Source: Ptychomitrium polyphyllum
Taxonomy: Eukaryota
Length of the DNA: 64,000 nucleotides
Direction: 5' to 3'
NCBI GenBank assembly: GCA_973851085.1
Contig: OZ316776.1
Span: 10,478,001-10,542,000 of the forward strand
The first letter of the stretch is position 1. The number at the start of each line of letters is the position of its first letter. This document shows positions 55,401 to 64,000 of the stretch, in pieces. Under the pieces are notes generated by a model that saw only the letters and a list, made by a program, of their open reading frames with translations, searched no databases and was not told the origin of the DNA. The position numbers and the translations under genes were made by a program.

Positions 55401-58400
55401 CTCTTACGTCCTTGGACCTATTTGGGTGTTCATCCTTGCAGCAACTTCTACAACAAATTGGAGAGTTGAAGGCTCTTACGTCCTTGGACCTATTTGGATG
55501 TTCATCCTTGCAGCAACTTCCACAGCAAATTGGAGAGTTGAAGGCTCTTACGTCCTTGGACGTATCTAAATGTTCATCCTTGCAGCAACTTCCACAGCAA
55601 ATTGGAGAGTTGAAGGCTCTTACTTCCTTGAACCTACAATGGTGTACATCCTTAGAGCAACTTCTGGAGCAAATTGGAGAGTTGAAGGCTCTTACGTACT
55701 TGAACCTATCTGGGTGTTCATCCTTGCAGCTACTTCCACAGCAAATTGGAGAATTGAAGGCTCTTACGTCCTTGGACGTATCTAAATGTTCATCCTTGCA
55801 GCAACTTGCACAGCAAATTGGAGAGTTGAAGGCTCTTACTTCTTTGGACCTATTTGGGTGTTCATCCTTGCAGCTACTTCCACAGCAAATTGGGGAGTTG
55901 AAGGCTCTTACTTCCTTGAACCTATCTGGGTGTTCATCCTCGCATCAACTTCCAGAGCAAATTGGAGAGTTGAAGGCTCTTACGTCCTTGGACCTTTCTA
56001 GGTGTTCATCCTTGCAGCAACTTCCACAGCAAATTGGAGGATTGAAGACTCTTACGTCCTTGGACCTGTCTGGGTGTTCATCCTTGCAGCAACTTCTACA
56101 ACAAATTGGAGAGTTGAAGGCTCTTACGTCCTTGGACCTATTTGGGTGTTCATCCTTGCAGCAACTTCCACAGCAAATTGGAGAGTTGAAGGCTCTTACG
56201 TCCTTGGACGTATCTAAATGTTCATCCTTGCAGCAACTTCCACAGCAAATTGGAGAGTTGAAGGCTCTTACTTCCTTGAACCTACAATGGTGTACATCCT
56301 TAAAGCAACTTCTACAGCAAATTGGAGAGTTGAAGGCTCTTACGTACTTGAACCTATCTGGGTGTTCATCCTTGCAGCTACTTCCACAGCAAATTGGAGA
56401 GTTGAAGGCTGTTACTTCCTTGAACCTATCTGGGTGTTCATCCTTGCATCAACTTCCAGAGCAAATAGGAGAGTTGAAGGCTCTTACGTCCTTGGACCTA
56501 TCTAGATGTTCATCCTTGCAGCAACTTCCACAGCAAATTGGAGGGTTGAAGATTCTTACGTCCTTGGACCTATGTAGGTGTTCATCCTTGCAGCAACTTC
56601 CACAGCAAATTGGAGGGTTGAAGACTCTTACGTCCTTGGACCTATCTAGGTGTTCATCCATGCAGCATCTTCCACAACAAATTGGAGAGTTGAAGGCTCT
56701 TACGTCCTTGGACCTATTTGGGTGTTCATCCTTGCAGCAACTTCCACAGCAAATTGGAGAATTGAAGGCTCTTACGTCCTTGGACGTATCTAAATGTTCA
56801 TCCTTGCAGCAACTTCCACAGCAAATTGGAGAGTTGAAGGCTCTTACTTCCTTGAACCTACAATGTTGTACATCCATAGAGCAACTTCTGGAGCAAATTG
56901 GAGAGTTGAAGGCTCTTACGTACTTGAACCTATCTGGGTGTTCATCCTTGCAGCATCTTCCACAGCAAATTGGAGAATTGAAGGCTCTTACGTCCTTGGA
57001 CGTATCTAAATGTTCATCCTTGCAGCAACTTCCACAGCAAATTGGAGAGTTGAAGGCTCTTACGTCTTTGGACCTATCTGGGTGTTCATCCTTGCAGCAA
57101 CTTCTACAGCAAATTGGAGGGTTGAAGACTCTTACGTCCTTGGACCTATCTAGGTGTTCATCCATGCAGCATCTTCCACAACAAATTGGAGAGTTGAAGG
57201 CTCTTACGTCCTTGGACCTATTTGGGTGTTCATCCTTGCAGCAACTTCCACAGCAAATTGGAGAATTGAAGGCTCTTACGTCCTTGGACGTATCTAAATG
57301 TTCATCCTTGCAGCAACTTCCACAGCAAATTGGAGAGTTGAAGGCTCTTACTTCCTTGAACCTACAATGGTGTACATCCTTAGAGCAACTTCTGGAGCAA
57401 ATTGGAGAATTGAAGGCTCTTACGTCCTTGGACGTATCTAAATGTTCATCCTTGCAGCAACTTCCACAGCAAATTGGAGAGTTGAAGGCTCTTACTTCTT
57501 TGGACCTATTTGGGTGTTCATCCTTGCAGCTACTTCCACAGCAAATTGGGGAGTTGAAGGCTCTTACTTCCTTGAACCTATCTGGGTGTTCATCCTTGCA
57601 TCAACTTCCAGAGCAAATTGGAGAGTTGAAGGCTCTTACGTCCTTGGACCTTTCTAGGTGTTCATCCTTGCAGCAACTTCCACAGCAAATTGGAGGGTTG
57701 AAGACTCTTACGTCCTTGGACCTATCTAGGTGTTCATCCTTGCAGCAACTTCCACAGCAAATTGGAGGATTGAAGGCTCTTATGTGCTTGAACCTATCTG
57801 GGTGTTCATCCTTGCAGCAACTTCCACAACAAATTGGAGAGTTGAAGGCTCTTATGTCCTTGGACCTGTTTGGGTGTTCATCCTTGCAGCAACTTGCACA
57901 TCAAATTGGAGAGTTGAAGGGTCTTACGCCTTGGACCTATCTTGGTGTTCATCCTTGCAGCAACTTCCACAGCAAATTGGAGAATTGAAGGCTCTTACGT
58001 CCTTGGTCGTATCTAAATGTTCATCCTTGCAGCAACTTCCAGAGCAAATTGGAGAGTTGAAGGCTCTTACTTCCTTGAACCTACAATGGTGTACATCCTT
58101 AGAGCAACTTCTACAGCAAATTGGAGAGTTGAAGGCTCTTACGTACTTGAATCTATCTGGGTGTTCATCCTTGCAGCTACTTCCACAGCAAATTGGGGAG
58201 TTGAAGGCTGTTACTTCCTTGAACCTATCTGGGTGTTCATCCTTGCATCAACTTTTAGAGCAAATTGGAGAGTTGAAGGCTCTTACGTCCTTGGACGTAT
58301 CTAGATGTTCATCCTTGCAGCAACTTCCACAGCAAATTGGAGGGTTGAAGATTCTTACGTCCTTGGTCCTATGTAGGTGTTCATCCTTGCAGCAACTTCC

Positions 58401-60330
58401 ACAGCAAATTGGAGGGTTGAAGACTCTTACGTCCTTGGACCTATCTAGGTGTTCATCCATGCAGCATCTTCGACAACAAATTGGAGAGTTGAAGGCTCTT
58501 ACGTCCTTGGATCTATTTGGGTGTTCATCCTTGCAGCAACTTTCACAGCAAATTGGAGAATTGAAGGCTCTTACGTCCTTGGACGTATCTAAATGTTCAC
58601 CCTTGCAGCAACTTCCACAGCAAATTGAAGAGTTGAAGGCTCTTACTTCCTTGAACCTACAATGTTGTACATTCTTAGAGCAACTTCTACAGCAAATTGG
58701 AGAGTTGAAGGCTCTTACGTCTTTGGACCTATCTGGGTGTTCATCCTTGCAGCTACTTCCACAGCAAATTGGGGAGTTGAAGGCTGTTACTTCCTTGAAC
58801 CTATCTGGGTGTTCATCCTTGCATCAACTTCCAGAGCAAATTGGAGAGTTGAAGGCTCTTACGTCCTTGGACCTATCTAAATGTTCATCCTTGCAGCAAC
58901 TTCCACAGCAAATTGCAGAGTTGAAGGCTCTTACGTCCTTGGACCTGTCTAGGTGTTCATCGTTGCAACAACTTCCACAGCAAATTGGAGGGTTGAAGAC
59001 TCTTACGTCCTTGGACCTATCTAGGTGTTCATCCATGCAGCATCTTCCACAACAAATTGGAGAGTTGAAGGCTCTTACGTCCTTGGACCTATTTGGGTGT
59101 TCATCCTTGCAGCAACTTCCACAGCAAATTGGAGAGTTGAAGGCTCTTACACCTTGGACCTATCCAAGTGTTCATCCTTGCAGCAACTTCTACAACAAAT
59201 TGGAGAATTGAAGGCTCTTACTTCCTTGAACCTATCTAGGTGTTCATCCTTGCAGCAACTTCCACAGCAAATTGGAGAGTTGAAGGCTCTTACGTCTTTG
59301 GACCTATGCAAATGTTCATCGTTGCAGCAATTTCCACAGCAAATTGGAGAGTTGAAGGCTCTTACGTCCTTGGACCTATCTAGGTGTTCATCCTTGCAGC
59401 AATTTCCACACTTAATTGGAGAGTTGAAGGCTCTTATGTCCTTGGACCTATCTGGGTGTTCATCCTTGCAGCAACTTCCACAGCAAATTGGAGAGTTGAA
59501 GGCTCTTACATCCTTGGACCTATTTGAGTGTTCATCCTTGCAGCAACTTCCACAGCAAATTGGAGAGTTGAAGGCTCTTACGTCCTTGAACCTATCTGGG
59601 TGTTCATCCTTGCAGCAACTTCCACAGCAAATTGGAGAGTTGAAGGCTCTTACTTCCTTGAACCTACAATGGTGTACATCCTTAGAGCAACTTCTAGAGC
59701 AAATTGAAGAGTTGAAGGCTCTCACGTCCTTGAACTTATCTGGGTGTTCATCCTTGCAGCTACTTCCACAGCAAATTGGAGAGTTGAAGGCTCTTACACC
59801 TTGGACCTATGTGGGTGTTCATCCTTAGAGCAATTTCCAGAGTAAATTGGAGAGGTGAAGGCTCTTACGTCCTTGGACCTATCTGGGTGTTCATCCTTGC
59901 AGCAACTTCCACAGCAAATTGGAGAGTTGAAGGCTCTTACTTCCTTGAACCTACAATGGTGTACATCCTTAGAGCAACTTCTAGAGCAAATTGAAGAGTT
60001 GAAGGCTCTCACGTCCTTGAACTTATCGGGGTGTTCATCCTTGCAGCTACTTCCACAGCAAATTGGAGAGTTGAAGGCTCTTACACCTTGGACCTATGTG
60101 GGTGTTCATCCTTAGAGCAATTTCCAGAGTAAATTGGAGAGGTGAAGGCTCTTACGTCCTTGGACCTATGTAGGTGTTCATCCTTGCAGCAACTTCCACA
60201 GTATAATGGGGAGTTGAAAGCTCTTACTTCCTTAAACCTATCCGAGTGTTCATCCATGCAGCAACTTCCACACCAAATTGGAGAGTTGAAGGCACTTACG
60301 TCCTTGGTTCGATCTGGTTGTTTATCTTTG
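10855..60330 (+). repeat. Tandem array of ~687 x 72-bp LRR units, consensus TTGAAGGCTCTTACGTCCTTGGACCTATCTGGGTGTTCATCCTTGCAGCAACTTCCACAGCAAATTGGAGAG (LKALTSLDLSGCSSLQQLPQQIGE)
   Basis: Uninterrupted 72-bp periodicity over ~49.5 kb with no visible intron or insertion. Copy number is estimated as length/72. Confidence 0.97.
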
Positions 60331-60420
60331 ATTTCTAGTATATCATATTCTTGTGGATTTAAAGAAATGGACCTAATAACGTTTGAACTTGTGTTTGTAC
60401 TAAGTTTGGAACTTGTATAG
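13438..60420 (+). pseudogene. ~650 LRR units downstream of the NLR stop codon, broken by stops and 1-bp indels; ends in a short unique tail ISSISYSCGFKEMDLITFELVFVLSLELV*
   Basis: Recurrent lesions: CCA TAG, ATT TGA, CAG TAA, ACG-CC (-1), CAAAATT (+1), CCTTAACC (-1). The LRR frame resumes after each lesion. Confidence 0.85.
49868..57928 (+). other. Stop-free, frameshift-free block of ~112 LRR units inside the silent array
   Basis: ORF track 49739..57988 (2749 aa). The LRR frame is bounded by ACG-CC deletions at ~49865 and ~57928. Confidence 0.9.
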
Positions 60421-61350
60421 TATTTATATTTACCTCATTTTGCCTTAATAAGTTAAGTATTGAAAAAGTATTTTGTATGAATTTTGAGTATAAGCAACTA
60501 TTAAAGGATAATTAAATTTGAGGGTGCAAAATACATAGATTGCTTTATGATTTTGATAATTATTTATTATGTATTGAATTCACATTTCCAACATTTTAAT
60601 AATATTTTTAAAATACCATTTATTTTTCATGATTGTAACTTGAAAATTTATGGAAGACTTTAATTCATGAAGATCCTTAATTTTTTTTTACTTTTATACT
60701 AAATAGCACCATAGTTTTATACTTGTGTAATTTTTGCACGTTTTGGAAGTGGATGTTTGATGATGATTGAATGAATTTAGAATAGCATTAATTTTATATT
60801 GTATTATATAGTAAATTCTTACAATATTTCAAGGTTATACATGATATCATTGAATAATTAATGTTCATGTGTTTTTTCGAATAGGTAACATTGTATAATA
60901 ATATAAAGTATAAACAACATTGTAGAGAAGAATTTGGTAATTCAACAAAATCAATTCACAAAATTACTGATAAAAATATTCAAAATCATATTTGACAATT
61001 CCACAAAACTTTCTTGTTATTAATTTGAAGTATAGATAGTGTGATTGGTAGAAGGTGCTATACTCATTCTTTAAAGATTAGAATTGAATGACATTTAATA
61101 AAATAATTACAATCAAATACCAAGACATTTTGTTTCGAGCTATGTTTTGCAATACTGCATTAAACCCAAAATATTATCATTAGTTCCAGTCTTTGCATGA
61201 AGTGATTTGTAATCATCAATGGATAAATGACTAAGAAGTGCTAGAGTTGTTGGCAATAACAAATGCTTGATAGTAAGAAATATACAATTAAATTTATTTC
61301 AATAATCTAATTGTATTATTTCAATATTCTGTGATTCAATAAACCAGGAT
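60421..61350. other. Strongly AT-rich non-coding segment (possible ancestral 3' UTR/terminator region or intergenic DNA)
   Basis: Abrupt switch to AT-rich sequence immediately after the TAG at 60418-60420; no ORFs in the track. Confidence 0.5.
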
Positions 61351-62080
61351 CCCTATGGCCTCACAGATGTAATAAAATCCTCAATACAAATAGAAAGTAG
61401 ACAAGCAAAACTTTGTTGAATATGATGAAGGTGATGAGTAGGCCCCAAGGATGTGGTCTATTCACAGTGAGTCTTTTAAGGAACTCCCTAGTGGTCTGCT
61501 CGTGTATAATTTTCTTCGTACATGTCTAGAAGTTTCCAATATAGAGAAAAACGAGTGAACAAAACCTCAACTTCGACTACCGGTACAATGGCTTCTTGGA
61601 CAGAAGTGGAAAGCATGCATGGAAAGGGGATTGGAGCTGTGCGTTTTACATGAACCATTTTAACTCAAAACAACTGACCAGAATCCAACACAAACAAGTT
61701 AAGTAGCCCACATAGAATCTAAATAAGCTGCAACGACAAGAACGTTCATTTCTTGTGAACAAAACATCCATATTTGCTTCTGCAAGGAGAGAGAACTGAA
61801 CGCATGAAAAATAATGCATGTGATTGTTCAGGTAGCAAAGTTGGTTGGCTACAGCATTTCAAAAGAGGTCTCGTCCTTCAGTATCAAGGTCAGTCAATGG
61901 GGCGCTGGAAAATATCCATGTGTTAGGAGTGCTGTTGGAATTGCCAATTGCTGTGGTGTTGTCTCACTTTGCATGTGTTGTGATGCCTGTGCACAAGAGG
62001 ATGAAGTTATCAGACTACCAATAATGCTTGTTGTCCTGCTGACTGCAGATCAATGCGACGTTCATGTTAAGCAGTTCATC

Positions 62081-63474
62081 ACATAAGAGCCTTCAACTCC
62101 CCAATTTGTTTTGGAAGTTGTTGCAAGGATAAACACCCACATAGGTGCAAGGACGTAAGAGCCTCCAACTTCCCAATTTGCTGTAAAAGTAGCTGCAAAA
62201 ATAAACACCAAGATAGATGCAAGGACATAAAAGCCTTCAACTCTCCAATTTGTTGTAGAAGTTGCTGCAAGGACAAACACCCAGATAGGTCCATGGACAA
62301 AAGAGCTTTCAACTCTCCAATTTGCTATGGATGTTGTTCCAAGGATAAACACCCACATTTGTCTAAGGAGAAAAGAGCCTTCAACTGTCCAATTTGCTGT
62401 GGAAGTTGCCGCAAGGATAAACACCAAGAGAAGTCTAAGGTCGTAAGAGCCTTGAACTTTGCAATTCGCTGTGGAAGTAACTGCAAAGATGAACATCCAG
62501 ATAAGTCCAAGGACGTAAGAGCCTTTTACTGCCCAATTTGCTCTAGATGTTGCTTCGAAGATAAACACGTAGATAGGTACAAGGACGTAAGAACCTTTAC
62601 CTCACCAATTTGATTTGGAAGTTGGTGCAAGGATAAACATCCAGGTAGATCGAAGGACGTAAGAGCCTTCAACTCCCCAATTTGCTGTGGAAGTTGTTGC
62701 AGGGTTAATCCCCTAGATAGGTGCAAGGATGTAATAGCCTTCAATTCCCGAATTTGCTGTGGATGTTGCCACAAGCGTAAACACCAAGAGAAGTCCAATA
62801 ACGTAAGAGCCTTCAATTCTCCAATTTCTTGTGGAAGTTATTATAAGGATGAACACCTACAAAGGCCCAAAGACTTAAGAGCCTTCAACTCCCCAATTTG
62901 TTATGGAAATTGCAGCAAGCATAAATACTGAGATAGGTGCAAGGACGTAATAGCCTTCAACTCTCCAATCTGCAGTGGAAGTTGTAGCAAGGATAAACGG
63001 CTAGATAGGACAAAAGACAAAAGAACCTTCAACTCTCCAATTTGCTGTGGAAGTTACTGCAAAGAGGAACATCCAGATAGGTCCAAGGACGTAAGAGCCT
63101 TCAACTCCCCAATTTGCTATGGAAGTTGCTGTAAGGATAAACATCCAGATAGGTCTATGGACAAAAGAGCCTTCAACTCTCAAATTTGCTGTGGAAGTTG
63201 TTGTACGGATGAACACTTACAGAGGCCCAAAGAGGTCAGAGCCTTCGATTCCCCAATTTGTTATGGAAGTTGCTGCAAGGATAAACACCTACATAGATGC
63301 AAGGAAGTAAGAACCTTCAACTTTCCAATTTGCTGTGGAAGTTGCTGCAAGGATGAACACCCAGATAGGTCTAACGACGTAAGAGCCTTCAGTTCTACAA
63401 TCTGCTGTGGAAGTTGTTGTAAGGATAAACACCAAGATAAGTTGAAGGACATATAAGCCTCCAACTCTCCAATT
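62081..63474 (-). pseudogene. Older, more diverged headless array of ~19 72-bp LRR units, inverted relative to the main array
   Basis: The minus strand reads e.g. KALTSLHLCGCLSLQQLPKQIGEL and KALTTLDFSWCLSLRQLPQQIGQL, with several substitutions per unit and in-frame stops. No NB-ARC; abrupt ends at 62081 and 63474. Confidence 0.88.
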
Positions 63475-63966
63475 CATCTTGACTTATAGCCCAACTTGTA
63501 GCAGTTGGGCATGTATCAACATTTACTACCACCAGTCTTCCACAGTTGTAGTCAACTTGTCTTAAAATTGGTGGAGATTTTAAAATTTCTTTTAACCCTT
63601 CCATTGCCAACTTCTTATTCTTATCTCCACAAAATGTGGCACCCAAATTTAATAAAAGAAACATGCTCCTAAAAACCTTTTTACTTCAGTACTGCTACTA
63701 CATGCTTTTATTTTGGCAATTGCATCTACCTTTTCAGGATTAGGTTTCCTTCCAAATATTCCACATAAATGTCCAACCACCAAAATTTCATCCACACCAA
63801 ACTTAAACTTGTCAATGAATAAAGTCAAGTCCACTTCTTCAAACCTTTCCAAAATCCTCTCTACATCTTCAATGTGATCTTTAACAAATTTCCTGCAGCC
63901 ATCTTCATCCATTGTGGAATCTTTGTTTTCTTCTTTGCAGCCTTTGATTGATATATCATCTACAAA
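63475..63966 (-). mobile_element. Degenerate Ty3/Gypsy retrotransposon pol fragment (RT C-terminal part + start of RNase H)
   Basis: Minus strand: FVDDISIKGC (RT YxDD-type motif, 63955-63966), HIEDVERILERFEEVDLTL..KFKFG..ILVVGH..KPNPEKVDAI..EVKRFLGAC, then LKSPPILRQVDY..VVVNVDTCPTATSWAISQ (Gypsy RNase H start). There is a stop and an apparent internal deletion/frameshift near 63630-63650. Confidence 0.85.
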
Positions 63967-64000
63967 GTCAAGTGCTTATACCAGTTTCAAGTCCATACCA

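Noticed and set aside
11463..59994. Short hydrophobic + strand ORFs (FILAATSTANWRVEGSYVLGPIWV)n
   Set aside because: Shifted reading frame of the same repeat; their ends are set simply by TCTAAG/TCTAGG-type variants.
10809..60012. Many Cys-rich antisense ORFs (DEHPDRSKDVRAFNSPICCGSCCK)n, also seen on + at 51-773 and 62293-63456
   Set aside because: These are the reverse-complement frame of the LRR unit, which happens to lack stops. There is no independent start context or unique sequence, so they are not metallothionein-like genes.
10855..60330. CRISPR-like appearance (constant palindromic part alternating with a variable part)
   Set aside because: The variable parts are homologous codon variants, not unique spacers. 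The array is continuous with an NLR ORF in a eukaryotic context and there are no cas genes.
13438..60330. Possibility that the stops and frameshifts lie in introns so that the whole array is one spliced CDS
   Set aside because: No intron-like sequence interrupts the 72-bp periodicity. AG/GT dinucleotides are present, but there are no convincing donor or polypyrimidine contexts. Only cDNA data could revive this idea.
61814..62086. 90-aa + strand ORF with faint kinase-like VAKLVGYSISKE
   Set aside because: No DFG, HRD or other kinase motifs; the resemblance is too weak.

Overview
Eukaryotic land-plant genomic DNA; the Gypsy pol type hints at a non-seed plant, but this is weak. The window is dominated by one intronless RPW8-like/NB-ARC/LRR immune receptor (NLR) gene on the + strand. 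Its LRR region is an extraordinary ~49.5 kb tandem array of ~687 copies of a 72-bp (24-aa) unit (10855-60330). Only the first ~36 units are in frame with the NB-ARC before a TAA at 13435-13437. The other ~650 units are interrupted by recurrent stops and frameshifts, organised in nested higher-order duplications, and split into two sequence subfamilies near 32 kb. They vary mainly at the solvent-exposed LxxLxLxx codons and include one ~8 kb stop-free block. Two headless LRR arrays in inverted orientation flank the locus (1-1012 and 62081-63474). The left one is joined to a degraded TFIIIC B-block-binding subunit (GTF3C1-like) fragment, followed by a 5'-truncated, frameshifted prolyl 4-hydroxylase gene. 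The right one is joined directly to a Ty3/Gypsy RT-RNase H fragment. Best candidate for a novel system: a silent LRR-cassette reservoir attached to an NLR. The alternatives are satellite-like runaway expansion of coding sequence or assembly inflation.
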